A DNA stretch of 47,674 bases from Eledone cirrhosa (lineage: Eukaryota): positions 1-47,674 of the forward strand of contig CAXHJY010000832.1 of assembly GCA_964016885.1 (NCBI GenBank), given 5' to 3'. Shown here piece after piece: positions 1 through 13,090 of the stretch. Numbering within the stretch: position 1 is the first letter of the stretch; every line of letters begins with the position of its first letter. Both the position numbers and the translations under genes were made by a program. Under the pieces are notes generated by a model. It was not told the DNA's origin. It did no database searches and saw only the letters and a list, made by a program, of their open reading frames with translations.

Positions 1-182
1 GACCATACTGTAAAATGGAGGGGTAGAGAGGGCCCATGAGTCCAGTAAGACATCCTCTCTAGTGCTGGTGGCACGAATAAAAGCACCCAGTCCATGCTGT
101 AAAGTGGCACTGGTGTTACGAAGGGCATCCAACCAGTGTATCGATGCCAAAACAATTATGATCACAGCAACAAATATATACC

Positions 183-2620
183 ATGTTAGGGCTGCGCACG
201 GTAGTGGGGGTGGCTGGTGCGGTCATGTGCGAGAACTCCCCGACCGTCTTCAAGCAATCGCACTACAGGAAAAGGAACAACAAAAATATGAAGACGTCGC
301 ATCTCAGAGTTGCAACACTTAATGTTGGCCCTCTCAAAGGTAGATCTGGTGAAATAGCGGAGATGCTGGAGAGAAGGCATGTGGATGTGTGATGCGTGCA
401 AGAGGTGAGATGGAGAGGTGCCTCTGCGAGACTAATTGCAGGCAAATATCTTAGCTATAAGCTTTTCTGGGTAGGTAAGGATGATGGGTTAGAGGGAGTA
501 GCATTTTCCTGGCTGAGAGATGGATCAATAAAGCAATAGAGGTAGTTTGAGTTAATAATCGAATAATTAAGCTTAGATTAGTTTTAGACAGGAGACTACT
601 GACAATCATCTCTGCCTATGCTCCCCAAGCAGGTCTAGGTAAAGAAGAGAAAGACTGCTTTTACGAGCAACTTTTACAAACAGCCGCAATGACAGAGGAC
701 GGAGACATCGTTATGTTAGCAGGGGACTTCAATGGTCATGTTGGACTGCTCCAGGATGGTTACACTGGGGTACATGGTGGGCATGGTTACAGCTCAAGAA
801 ATGAAGAAGGAGTGAGACTTCTTGAATTTTGTGATGCAAATACACTGACTATTTGCAACACTAATTTCCAGAAACCTGCCAACCACCTAATAACCTACAA
901 ATCAGGCGAGCACATACGCCAGATTGACTTCTTACTAGTTAGGCAGCGGGACAGGCAGATAGTGTCTAATACCAAGGCATACTCTGGGAAGAATGTACCC
1001 CAGCATAGGTTAGTTGTTAGTGATATCTCAGTAAGCAAGAGATGGAATGAGACATACAGGAAGGTGTGGAGAAGAAAGTGTCTGTAAGCTAAAAGACCTT
1101 TCACTAAAATACAAATTTAGGAAAGCCCTTCAAGATGTGTATGATGAAAAAGAAGACGATTTAGAGTCGTATTACATAGATAATATCTGGAATTTCTTAC
1201 GTGACAACTTACTGCAGGCTACTGATGAAACTTGTGGCTGGAGCAGAGCTCCAACCAGACAGAGAGTGACCTGGTGGTGGAACAGCACAGTAGATAGGAC
1301 CATTAGAGACAAAAGACTGGCATCGAAGGCTTGGAAAAAGGGTGGGAATAGAGAAGGATATACAGCCGCTAAGAGAGAAGCTTAGCATTCAGGGAGGCTG
1401 AGAGTACGAGCTTTGCCAATGTTCTGCGACGGGAAGATCAGAGGCGTGCGGTGTTCTACATTGCAAGGCAGTGTGTCAATGCAAATCAGGATGTTGTTGG
1501 AGATAAATGTGTCCGGAATGATGCCGGTGTACTTAGTGTCACGAATGATCAGAAAAAGGAGGCCTGGAAATGTCATTATGAGACCCTTGGTGTTTGGAAG
1601 GGCATCCAGCCGTAGAAAACCCGCCAGACAGTTCTATACGAGCAAGACAACCAATCTTGCATCTAAACCCATGCTAGCGTGGAAGATAGACGTTAAACGA
1701 CGATGATGATGATGATGATGAGAGACTGATGAATGTGGAGAATGAATGGGAGAGAGAGACATTACCCTCAGTAGATCCGACAGAGGGACCAGCTATTGAG
1801 ATTGACGAATATAGGGTCCAAGAGGCGATTAAGGAAATGAAAAATGGTAAGGCTGCTGGACCGTCGGGGATAGTTGCTGAGATGCTGAAGGCATCAGGAG
1901 AAGTAGGCACTAAACTGGTTGCATGCATAATCAATCAGGCTATATATGGTGGTGTCATACCCAAAGACTGGTGCAGCAGTATTATCATAAATTGCTACAA
2001 AGGTAAAGGGGATGCTCAGGAGAGGAGCAATTATAGTGGTATAAAACTGATGGATCAGGTTATGAAAGTGTCAGAAAGGATATTAACACAACTAATTAGA
2101 GAAAGGGTCAAACTAGATGAGATGCAGTTTGGTTTTGTGCCTGGGAAAATTACAACAGATGCCCTCTTCTTGGTGAGACAATTACAAGAGAGGTTCTTAG
2201 AGAAGAATAAGCCACTATACTTAGCCTTTGTTGACCTAGAGAAGGCCTTTGATAGGGTACTCCGATCTGTCACCTGGTGGTCCCTAAGGAAACTAGGTTG
2301 TTGAGGAATGGCTTGTGAGGACAGTGCAAACTTTGTACAGAGGTGCTGTCAGTAAAGTCAGGGTAGGAATGGAGTTTAGTGAGGAATTCCAGATACATGT
2401 AGGAGTACATCAAGGTTCGGTCCTCAGCCCGCTCTTGTTCATTATAGTCCTCCAAGCCATAACAGAGGAGTTTAAGACTGGCTGTCCATGGGAACTTCTC
2501 TATGCTGACGATCTGGTTCTTATAGCAGAATCAGTAGAGGAACTAGAGAATAAATTCTGGCTATGGAAACAGCAGTTGGAAGCAAGAGGACTGAGAGTGA
2601 ACCTAGCTAAGACAAAAAAT
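183..2620 (+). mobile_element. Decayed RTE-clade LINE (APE endonuclease + reverse transcriptase), frameshifted and 3'-truncated
   Basis: Consecutive ORF pieces carry APE motifs (TLNVG, QEVRW, GDFNGH, QHRLVV) and RT motifs (GKAAGPSG, FVDLEKAFDRV, HQGSVLSP, YADD), with several stops and frameshifts. Confidence 0.93.
1584..1717 (+). mobile_element. Short (GAT)n-tailed RTE 3'-end/SINE inserted in the RTE ORF
   Basis: Flanked by ATGAGA at 1578-1583 and 1718-1723; removing it restores the reading H-Y-E-R-L-M-N-V-E. Confidence 0.88.
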
Positions 2621-2790
2621 AGTAATTTTACTGAAAAAAACCCCTGGCACAGCAACTGTAGCTGTATAAAATATAAGTGGCAGTCAACAGGTTAAAGTCA
2701 ATTACTTCAATGCAGAGTTTTTGACTATGAAAAATAGTTGAACAAGGTTGAACATATGTGTAGTGATTAGAATGGTTTTGATGTTGTGTT

Positions 2791-3222
2791 CATCATCATC
2801 ATCTTCATCACTGTTTAATGTCCATTTTTCCATGCTAGCATGGGTTAGACGAGTTACCCTATTGTGAGAAATGCCAGGTCAGGTGACCATGTCTTGCTCA
2901 TGCAGAACTGATTTGGGCTTGGTTTCTACAGTTGGATGCCCTTTCTAACATCAACCATATTTACAGTGTATATTGGGTGCTTTTTGTTGTATCACCCATA
3001 CAACCACTTTAAAGTGTGGATTGGGTGCTTTTTGTTGTGTTGCCATCATGACCACTTTATATTGTGGACTGGGTGCTTTTTATTGTGTCACCATCATGAC
3101 CACTTTTCAGTGTGGACTGGGTGCTTTTTGTTGTGTCACCATCATGACCACTTTACAGTGTGGGCTGGGTGTTTTTTGTTGTGTCGCCATCATGACCACT
3201 TTACAGTGTGCGCTGGGTGTTT
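2791..3222 (-). mobile_element. RTE 3'UTR-type repeat with an internal ~46 bp minisatellite
   Basis: (CAT)n tail at 2791, the GGATGCCCTT.CTAACA module, and about 5 copies of ACCACTTTACAGTGTGGACTGGGTGCTTTTTGTTGTGTCACCATCATG. Confidence 0.8.
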
Positions 3223-4072
3223 TTCAATGCAGAGTTTTTGACTATGAAAAATAGTTGAACATATGAGTAGTGATTAGAATGATTTTGATTTTAGTTGTGT
3301 TGTTTGTAATTAGTCTGTGTCCATTGTGGCAAGACAGGAATGTTTGTAGTAATAAAACTTGGCTTGATGGGTGTATATGAAAGTTGACCTCCCACTAGAG
3401 TATTTCAAAGCGCTGCTTGAAATACTCTAGTGAATCAATGAATAAACACGACCTGCTACTTTGATAATTTTACTAATTAATAACTTGCATTGAAGTTATT
3501 GTGATAATATAGGAAAACAAGTATATTCCCAGTTGGATTGTGTGATGTGTATCAGTGTGTGCATAGTCTGAAAAGATGCATGGGACTAACTTTTGTTAAA
3601 GTCGAATGGGAGTATAGCTGTCTTGGGCCTGCTGGTGGAAAAGACTGACAACAATAATGTTCTGGTTGTTGGAACAAACTGATGTGTTGTGTCTACTTCG
3701 ATAGTTGACAGTCAAGGGCAGACTGATTTAATGAAGCCAGTTATCTCCTGACACTCTGCAGATGACCTCCCAAACAAGCTGGTGATACTAGTCCTGAACA
3801 AGGGAATCAAATATTTATAGGGTCAAAAGGTTATCATGTGTGGCCGCACTGACATATTTAGCCAACCTGGGATCAAAAGTTCAAATCAGATTGATTGCAT
3901 TTGCTACATATGCATCGCTAGGAACAAAAAAATGGACACTTTTTCCATTTCTAAGAGTATATTTCCATTTTTAGGAGCCATACCAGTTTGATTATTTTTG
4001 AAAGTTACACCCCCCCCCCCAAAAAAAAAAACTTACATTAAGCTAACATACATTCAAAATTCATGAATTTCT

Positions 4073-4357
4073 ACACATATAAAAATGAGAAAACTCATTG
4101 CTAGAACAGCCATTAAAACAGCTAAATACTGTCAAAGAGAGCGATGGGCAAAAAGCCTCAGATGACAGAGATCAGCAGCGAGTGGTAAACAGAGAGACAA
4201 TCCACAAGCCTGTCACCAACCTTGTAGATTGTCTCTCTGTTGACCACTGGCTGCTAGTCTTTGTCATCTGAGGTTTTTTTGTCCATCGCTGTCTTTGACA
4301 GCATTTAGCTATTTTAACGGTTGTCCTAGCGATGAGTTTTCTCATTTTTATATGTGT
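4073..4357. mobile_element. Foldback/MITE-like imperfect palindrome
   Basis: Arms of about 135 bp (ACACATATAAAAATGAGAAAACTCAT... / ...ATGAGTTTTCTCATTTTTATATGTGT) with a spacer of about 12 bp. Confidence 0.8.
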
Positions 4358-4430
4358 TCAAATACACTCTCGTTTTGTTTCAATCAGAGACAACATTGTT
4401 TTTTCATTTTCCTGAATTTTTATTTTGTAG

Positions 4431-4552
4431 ATGGAGAAGTCTTCCTGAACCGTTACACCAAAATCACTCATGCCAATATTGAATGTGACAACGGATTGGT
4501 ACATATTGTTGACAACGTTTTAATGCCACCATCATTGCGCCATATAGGCTGA
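4431..4552 (+). CDS. Terminal coding exon of a fasciclin (FAS1) domain protein
   Basis: Pyrimidine tract and acceptor TTTTGTAG ending at 4430. Translation (D)GEVFLNRYTKITHANIECDNGLVHIVDNVLMPP matches the FAS1 H2 motif NGxxHxxDxVLxP. TGA at 4550-4552 and AATAAA at 4740. Upstream exons were not seen. Confidence 0.85.
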
Positions 4553-5039
4553 GCAAAAGACAATTGGCCTCCACCAGTCAAGAAACAGAGAGGCATGTGT
4601 AAACAGGAACTGATTGTTCGAAAAATAATCATTTTTGAGAACTCAACAAAAGACCTCAATGCTGGCTATTGCCATGGCAACAGTTCTTTGATGTCGTTAT
4701 TGTTGTTGTTATGTTTGTTTTTTTTCCATGTGGAGATATAATAAAGATGTAACATATTTTATTAGATTTTCTTATTCTCTTACACACATACACACACACA
4801 CACATACATACACACCCATATACATACATATACACACACACATACACTCACAGACAGACAGACACACACATATACACTAGTTTCAGTTATACACACACAC
4901 ACACACTTTAAAGATATTTGCAATATAATGAAAGAGCCTGATTGGGTTACGGCTTAAGATCCATCAAACACCCTTAGGTTTAGAAACATTATAATTGAAA
5001 CACTAAGCAAGGAAGATGATGAAGCAGAATCCTATAAGT

Positions 5040-5291
5040 TGGGGAAAACTAGAGACTCCTTTTAGACAACCTTTTGAAAATCACAGATAAGGTCTGAGAT
5101 TAAGGAAAGGTAGTAAACAGACAAAGGGTGACATGGTGGTGGAACAGTATTATAGACAAGGCTATAAAAGCTAAGAGACAGGCTTGGAAAGATTGGTTGA
5201 TAGGCTTGGAAAGACTGGTAGACAGACTTGCAATGATTGGTAGACAGGCTTTGGAAAGCCTTGTAGACATGCTTGGAAACACTGGTAGACA
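5040..5291 (+). repeat. RTE fragment followed by a degenerate ~22-24 bp tandem repeat
   Basis: VTWWWNSIIDKAIKAKRQAWK resembles the RTE linker at 1267-1340, followed by about 5 units of AGGCTTGGAAAGACTGGTAGAC. Confidence 0.65.
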
Positions 5292-5371
5292 TTTATATTT
5301 TCATTCTAAAAGAATTGTGAGCAATTTGTAATGTTATTTATACAACTGTGAATATAATATTTTAACCACCA

Positions 5372-6355
5372 TCTTTTTCTACATAAAATTCTTTGTCTCT
5401 CTGCCTGTCTATCTTTTCCTTACGCATCCCCAAGCGGCTTGACCAAATCAAATTAGACCCCGGGAGTTTCAACATATAATTTTTATTTTCATTTGGATTA
5501 AAGCAATATAACACTTTATCTAAAATAAATTACTATAAAAACTATAAGTAAACGGATATTTTATAACACGACGATGATGTCACATTTTGTATATGAGTGT
5601 GTGTGTGTTTGCGCATTCATTACACACGTTACGCCTTAGTAAGTTACATACCCACACATCTTCACGTAAATACTTAATCAAATACACAGAGAATTAAATA
5701 CACAATTCAGACACTGGTTTACAAACACACACATACATTCACACGCGCACGCACACACTCACAGACTTATATACAATTATCTATATCTATATCTAACTAT
5801 AATATAAAATATTGGAACTTTCATCATCCTTTTGAGAAACGTGGACCCGCTACTTCTATGCAATGACACACACTTTACAGCTAGGAGGATAATGAACCAT
5901 CTCCTAGAGGTCACTATTCTTGAAGGCAATCAAGGAGAAAATGCATTGATCCCAAGATTCCATTCATCTCTTTCTTTACAGAGCTGCCGTTCAAATTCTC
6001 AAGACTTCAGTTCCTTGTTAGAGCCAGTTTTGCTATGACTATAGATAAAGTTCAGGCTCAGAGTTTCAAAGTTGTAGAATTGAATACATGAGAATCACTT
6101 TTTACCCATGGACAGTTATATGTAGGTTGTTCATGAGTGGGAACACCTAGAAATCTTCATATACTACACACTAACAGTAAGACGAAGAATCTGGTGTTTC
6201 TGGAAGATTTTTTTAGTGTTTATTTTTTTGTATCACACACACCGCGGCCTCGTCTCATACTGTAAACCAGACAAACATCCAATCCAGTCATTTTCTCTTC
6301 TACCTGTCTTCCTTTATCATTTGTTTACCCGGACGAAGCTGGGTACGTCAGCTAG
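5372..6355 (+). mobile_element. Helitron relic with a PIF1-like helicase C-terminus
   Basis: About 5830-6216 reads LRNVDP..LCNDT, LQFLVRASFAMTIDKVQAQS, FTHGQLYVGCS*V. Subterminal hairpin ACCCGG..CTGGGT, then CTAG (6352-6355) followed by T. The 5' TC end is uncertain (5372 or about 5780). Confidence 0.88.
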
Positions 6356-6651
6356 TAATAATATGTTATGTCACAAATACCGTTGTAGTAGTTTGTAATG
6401 TTGTTTATACAACTGTGAATAAAAATTCTTTATAACTATTTCAAGCTATATTGTCAGCATAATTGTTTGGGGGAAAATGTGAACTTTGCTATTATGTAAT
6501 TTTATGTACATCGTTTATTTCGATTATTTCAATTAAAAACCACCATTTGAGTAAGATTTGGTAGAGAGACGGAGGCATTGACAATGAGGATTTGATTCTA
6601 TCATGTTCAGTCCTTGTTAGGAATTTTTGATAACCATCTAATTAATGTTAT

Positions 6652-6975
6652 AGGCGGCGAATTGGCAGAGTCGTTAGAACGTCGGATAGAATACTTTATG
6701 GTATTCGTTTCGACTCTCTGGATTCAAATCCCGCCGGAGATCAACTTTGACTTTCACCCTTTCGAGGTTGATAAAAAAGTACCAGTCTAGTACTGGGGTC
6801 GGTTCTTCTTCTATATTTCTTTCTCATTTCCTCTTTCTTACTTTCTATTTTTCTCTGGAAGAAATCTGCTGTACTCAGACTTGGAGAGAAGGGCTCCGCT
6901 ATGCTTGACATGCACAATAAACGCCGTATGTCAATACGGCGCCCCTACGACTTTATCAGGTATACAGGGCTATAT
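6652..6975 (+). mobile_element. tRNA-derived SINE (family 1)
   Basis: Head GGCGGCGAATTGGCAGAGTCGTTAG, B box GGATTCAAATCC, AGTACCAGTCTAGTACTGGGGTCG core; homologous to 11168-11445. Confidence 0.8.
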
Positions 6976-7539
6976 CATACCAATTAATCTTATGTATAAA
7001 CCACATTTAACCCCTTTGAAATGTTATGAAATATTTCGCATATTTTCGCAGGTCGAGTAACCAAGTGGAAGTTTGCGCATTGTGTCACATTCAACTCCTT
7101 TTTTTCTATGCTGAATAATGTGCCAGTCAGAGTTATGCCCCTTAAATACAACAACCACAATTATTTTCCCTTAATACGGTTTACTAAGAAATAGTTCCTT
7201 ATCTCGCACATTGTTTCAAAGATATAATTTCTTTACTTTACGCATTTATCTCAACACCTTTCACTCGGTGAGATAGAATGTAGTTTTTTCTGCTATCAAT
7301 TGTCTATAGCGTAGTTTGTTGTTTCTCACACACGAGAAATTAATTCCTTTCACATCATTAAAACGCAGTTAACAGTCTCTCATATAAATAGTTCCCGGTT
7401 TTGCCAATGAATAATTCTAATTCCCAGCCGTATCACTCCTATGTGTGAGTAAGCCACAAAGAATATAGTCCTTTGTCTGAGGGTTGCATCACACAAAGCC
7501 GGTTCCCTACTTTATTTAGACACAAGACCAGAAAATATT

Positions 7540-7720
7540 AGGGGGAGGGCAAGCTCAATACTTGACTGGTATTTCTATATTTTATCAACCGACACCACGG
7601 CCGGAAAAACGAAGGGTAAAGTTAATCACTGCGGGATTTTAATTCAGAACATAAAGATCCAGAATAAATATAATAGTGTCTTTTTATCCAACGTTCCACC
7701 TCTTCTGCCAATCTACCGCC
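7540..7720 (-). mobile_element. Diverged SINE (family 1)
   Basis: Reverse complement begins GGCGGTAGATTGGCAGAA and contains the TACCAGTCAAGTA core. Confidence 0.6.
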
Positions 7721-9053
7721 CTTTGTTGCATCATACATTGACAAAAACTTCCAGAAGGGAATTTCTCACGCGGTGTTTTCTGCCCGGTGTACTAGGAAGT
7801 AAGTTCCTCGTCCGGCATCCGGTTGTCATAGTAAGCAAATTCCCTACATTGTCATTTACACCTGTAATTTTAGTAGACGCAGATATTGACATTCGACCGA
7901 AAGAGAGAAAGAAAAATTATTGACAAAAAAGAAAGAAAGAAAAAAGAAAATGTCATCTGTTTTGTTATCGTTTTCTTATATCTGTGTCACTTCTATCGTT
8001 GACGGTTATGAAGTCGTTAGCAGACGCACACACATACAGACTACATAAAGTCGTAACATTCCAAAGAGGAACCCCCACCTCATATTTCACACACATACTC
8101 ACACACCCTGGTACACTTATATAACTGTCTCGTTTAGTGACTGTCTATTTACATACCTATCTGTTCACCTGTTTATCTGATAACCTCTATTTTATATTTG
8201 AAAAAAAAAAAAAACCTCCCTCAAAAAGCAGAAATAAAACCAATCCTACCTTTATTTCATAGTTATCTGTAACTGTGAAAGAACATTCCAGATTGCCGAC
8301 AAGACAAGCGATGGATTAATGCTACTACGTCTACAACAAACAGCAATACCAATACCTCAACCAACAGTAACAACAATAGTCGTCTCGTTCATTTGAACTG
8401 TCTCTCTATATAATATCCATTGTCTAGGATGAGATTCTCGGAAACGCAACAACAACCACACCACGCCAAATTCATCTGTAACCATTGTGATGCCGGCAAA
8501 CTAGAACTTCATATTTTCGAGGAATAAAAACAGCGTATTATACCACCAGCACTAGCACTAACACAAACACCAACACCAACAACAGCAACAACAGAAAACT
8601 CTCTCAACATAATCCACCAACGTATTCTACTGGACAACTGGACATCGGCGCCTCACAACAACAACTACAACCACTGCCATTATTTCTACAGTGTATAGAG
8701 AAAATTAAAAGGAAAAAAAAAAAGCAATATATATCAAGATGTACGTATTTGATACAACCTTATAGCTACTTTTCACTTGTGTTTATATATATATATATAT
8801 ATAAATATATATTAGTGCGTGTGTGTGTGTGTGTGTATATATGTATCATCTTCGCCATCAAACAGTAGAATCAATAAGCTTTATACAACCTCAAAAACAG
8901 ACTTACAAACTTATTAAAAACTATTATTTTTTTTTTAATAGAACAACCGGGAGTGTCATTGAGATATAAATAATTATCATACTACGATAATTTATCGTCA
9001 CTATTATCGCCGTCATCGTCGTGATTATCAAGGAGACGAGAATCTATTGTCGA

Positions 9054-11117
9054 ATGGGAACTGTATTACAAGAGGAGCAGCAAAATGATTACTGTATTAA
9101 GGAACCTGATGTTGCTCTCACCCGAAGCGGTTTCGGTTGTGTACACAGTAAGTCAAAGATCAACATCAAAGCTATGACAACAACAACAACAACAACAACC
9201 ACTACCACAGCAGCAATATCCACCACCGTCAACAACAACAACAACAATACCTATATCCTTATATCTCCTACACCGTCTATTACTAGTACTAACCTAGAAA
9301 GTTGGATCAATGCTTGTGAAGAAGAATCAATAGGAAATTGTGGAGGAGGTGGTGGTGGTGATGGTGGTGACAGTGGCCTGCAGGCAAAACCTTCTGTTTT
9401 GGGTGTGTTCGCTTTAAATTCAGACTTTAATCATCATGCTAGTTTGGTCGCCCCTCAAAACAACCCACTAGGTAGATCAAAACTAATATTTCCAACCTCG
9501 TCCAGTACTTCTAACAATAACAACAATGCCACCATTACCTCGACAACAATAACTAATACAACTACTAACACTGGCAGTAGTTCTACCCCAACCTGTAATT
9601 TACAGTGCTGCATTAAAGTTTGTGAAACGGGGAAAAGGTGGTGGTGTGTTGTAAGCTCGAATGCTGGAGTCCTTTCTTTAAATAGAGACGAGGGATCATT
9701 GAAATACTCCAAATGTTGCGAGGGATCATTGTTATATAGCGAGGTCCCTAGTGAGTCCTTAATTATGACCCCCCTTAAACCTGGCTTTGCTGTTACTACA
9801 ACTTCTTCTGGTGGTGATGATGATGACGATGGTGGTGGCTGGTCTGAAGGACAGAAGGGGTTTTTGGGTCTCAGTGACAGTCCTCACTCGAACCTGAATT
9901 ATAATCAAACCAACACCATGTTACTCAGACTCTGTTGCTATTCATTACCCATTCCATCCTCTCCATCTTACGAGCCTGGCACCGTCATATCCTGTCCCTG
10001 TTACCACCACAATTTACACCTCCACAACTCCCACCAACACCACCATCACCAACACCTCCATTATCACCAACATCAACATCACCAGCAACATCAGCGTCAT
10101 TGCCGCCATCACCACCACCATCACCACCACCACCATCATAAGGTTAGCAACGATCGTTACGTTGTGAACTGTTGCAACAACAACCACAAGCACAATGCCG
10201 CCGATGACAACAACAACAATATGGACAACAACAGCTACAAAAACCACAAAAGCCGCAAGATCGATAACAATTGTGTCAACAACAATAATATTCACACTAC
10301 TACCACCAATACCACCAACCACAGCGACAACACTACCCACACAACCAACACCAGTACCACCAACACTAACAACAGCCATATCACTTATAACAATCATACT
10401 ACTACTACTAACAACACCATTACTACTACTACTACTACTACTAACAACAACACTACTACTGCTACTGCTAACAACTATAACAACGACAACCATACTACTA
10501 CTAACTACAACAGCAACCATACTACTAACAACAACAAGCACACTACTACTAACCACAAGAATAACAACCACACTACTACTACTAACACCCACAGAAACCA
10601 TAAACCGCAGTCGTTTCTGTTCACTTTGTATCATAAGTTTATTTCCACCACCACTTTCCTTCACTCCGTCTTTTCTTCATACAATGTGATATTTGTAGCA
10701 TTTACAATGTTTTTTTTGGCAATGCTACCAACAAGCAGTCATGCTCTTCATTTACAAGGTGTTTGGAAAAGTGATGACTTCTTTCTGTTTCTGGCAAAGT
10801 TTGGCTTTCAGAAGACAGATCTCAGGGACTTGGAGCACACGCAAGGAATCATATATGGACAGATTTTCTCTCACAACAAGACCCCTCTATCAACAGCCAG
10901 CCAACACTCACCCAGCCCGATGTTGACATTGGTACTGGTGGACAGTGAGTATTTCATGGAATATTATGGCAATCGGACTTCACAAGATACGAACCGCTGT
11001 TCTCAGATGTTCAACAAGATTGATACAATTGCTTTTGATTATAAATGTCAGCCTAAAGGACTGGAAGACTTCCTCAGGAAGGTCCCCTGTTCTGAGAATC
11101 AGATTTGTATTGATGAG
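9054..11117 (+). CDS. GPR180: First coding exon of a GPR180/TMEM145-family membrane protein with a long low-complexity N-terminal extension
   Basis: Signal-like MFFLAMLPTSSHA followed by LHLQGVWKSDDFFLFLAKFGFQKT...GIIYG...DFLRKVPC..NQICIDE, typical of invertebrate GPR180-like luminal domains. Donor GAG|GTAAGA at 11118. The start could be ATG 9054 or ATG 10707. Confidence 0.8.
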
Positions 11118-11167
11118 GTAAGAAAGAAATTTTCTTTATACATATTTACTGTATATACTTGAATATA

Positions 11168-11445
11168 GGCGGTGAATTGGGAGAAGTGTTAGAGTGTCAG
11201 ATAGAATGCTTTATGGTATTTGTTCTGGCTTTCTGCTCTTTGAGTTCAGCTTTGTTTTTCATCCTTTTGAGGTTGATAGAAAAAGTACCAGTCTAGTACT
11301 GGGGTCGATTCTTCCTCTCTCTGGAAGAAATCTACTGTACTCAGGCCTGGAGAGAGATAGGCTCCGACAGGCTTAAAATTCCCAAGAAATGCTATATGTC
11401 ATTACGGCACCCCTACAACTCTATCAGGAGTTACAGGACCATACA
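11168..11445 (+). mobile_element. tRNA-derived SINE (family 1)
   Basis: Collinear with 6652-6975, including the CTGGAAGAAATCT..TGTACTCAG tail. Confidence 0.8.
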
Positions 11446-11975
11446 TACATACTCAAATATAGGCTGAGGAATATGTGACCAAAGAAATAAATGGTCAATT
11501 GGGAAGTTGGCTTATATATGCCATCTAAACAATGTGTTGATTAGCTGCCTCAGTTTATAAATGGGGTTTGGATTTTCACCTATTTCTCAAACATAAAATA
11601 GTATATTCGGATCAACTTATATTTGGGTATATACAGTATCTGGATTAAATTTGAAAAGTTTGCAAGAATCACTAATAAGTCCTTAGCTGGCATTTGTTTT
11701 GTTGTTCTCTGCTATATTTCTTCATGTGATCTTCCAAAATGGATGACCAACTGCACATGTGTTTTCCTTCTGAAAAATGGGTTTCGTTTTCTTTTTTTTC
11801 TTATTCTCGTCTATCTTTCTATTCTTCTCTCTTTCATTCTATCTTCCAATGAAAGACTAATGTCTGAAACGTTAAGACTCTTTTCCTAATAAACCAAGCT
11901 TTAAACTAACATATTTCATCATCATTGTATTGTTCTCCTTGTGTTGTTTTTCCTTGTTAACTTTTCTCATATATA

Positions 11976-12580
11976 TCATCATCATCACCGTTTTACGTCT
12001 ATTCTTCCACGCTAGCATGGGTTAGACGGGTTGTCCTGTTGAGGGTAATGCCAGGTCGGGTGACCATGTCTTGCTCATGCGGGAACAGATTTTAGCTTGA
12101 TTTCTACAGCTGGATGCCCTTCCTAACACCAACCTCATTTACAGTGAGTACTGGGTGCTTTTTTACCATGGTGCCTACATGACCACTTTACAGTGTGGAC
12201 TGGGTGCTTTTTTGTTGTGACACCTCCACGTCCACTTTACAGTGGGAGGGGGTGGGGTATATTGTCTATATGCTTCAGCTTTGGCTTTTATCTATGGGAA
12301 GTTCGGTCTTCTGTATTACTGCATGACGCCAGAGGTCACGGTCCTGTATCATCGCCTTTGAGAGGTGCAATTGGGCAAGGTCAGCTTTGTTTCTTTCTAA
12401 TCTATGCAAGTCTTCTACACACAGCACCCAGGTCTCACTACCATGTAACATTGCTGTCCGTATGCACGCATCATACTGTCTGCCTTTCCTTTTGAGGGAA
12501 AAGCCTTTTGCATCTAGCAGTGGTAATAGCTCCCTGAACTTCTTCCATCCCATTCTTACCCTGGTTACTGGTTACTGTAC

Positions 12581-12584
<4 letters not shown>
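11976..12584 (-). mobile_element. 5'-truncated, internally deleted RTE 3' end
   Basis: GWKKFRELLPLL...HGSETW...RLERNK joined directly to ADLAQLHLSK, then the 3'UTR and (GAT)n tail. Confidence 0.85.
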
Positions 12585-12648
<64 letters not shown>

Positions 12649-12821
12649 CACCAGCACAAATATAACCCAGTTTACATGCTTCTGTTTATACACATGTTCA
12701 CAATTTTATTTTTATTCCATCTTCTTCAATTTTGCCTAACTGTGTATTATTCTGTAATAATGCTGAAACAATTGTAAAGCATTAAATGACATAGGATCTT
12801 TATTTTATCATTTTCTTTTGT

Positions 12822-12853
<32 letters not shown>

Positions 12854-12862
12854 TATATATAT

Positions 12863-13048
12863 ATCATCATCGTTTCCACGTCTACTTTCCACCCTAGCAT
12901 GGGTTAGATGTGTTTGTCGTATTTGAGGCAAGTTGAGTCGGGTGACCGTGTCTTGCTCATTTCAGACTGTTTCTGGATGGTTTTCTATGGCTAGATGCCC
13001 TTCCTAACACCAACTACATTTACAGTGTGGGCTGGATGTTTTGTGGTA

Positions 13049-13051
<3 letters not shown>
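12863..13051 (-). mobile_element. RTE 3'UTR fragment
   Basis: (CAT)n tail, CTAGCATGGGTTAGA and GATGCCCTTCCTAACACC modules, between TA tracts. Confidence 0.75.

Positions 13052-13090
<39 letters not shown>

Noticed and set aside
2960-3220. CRISPR-like regular array
   Set aside because: The units are contiguous ~46 bp tandem copies without unique spacers, inside a retroposon UTR in eukaryotic DNA.
7760-8050. Promoter of the GPR180-like gene (CpG-richer patch, GGAAGT motif)
   Set aside because: Plausible by position, but the motifs are too short to support a call without TSS data.
10014-10689. Antisense and alternative-frame ORFs over the repeat exon
   Set aside because: By-products of triplet repeats; only the 9021 frame leads into a conserved domain.
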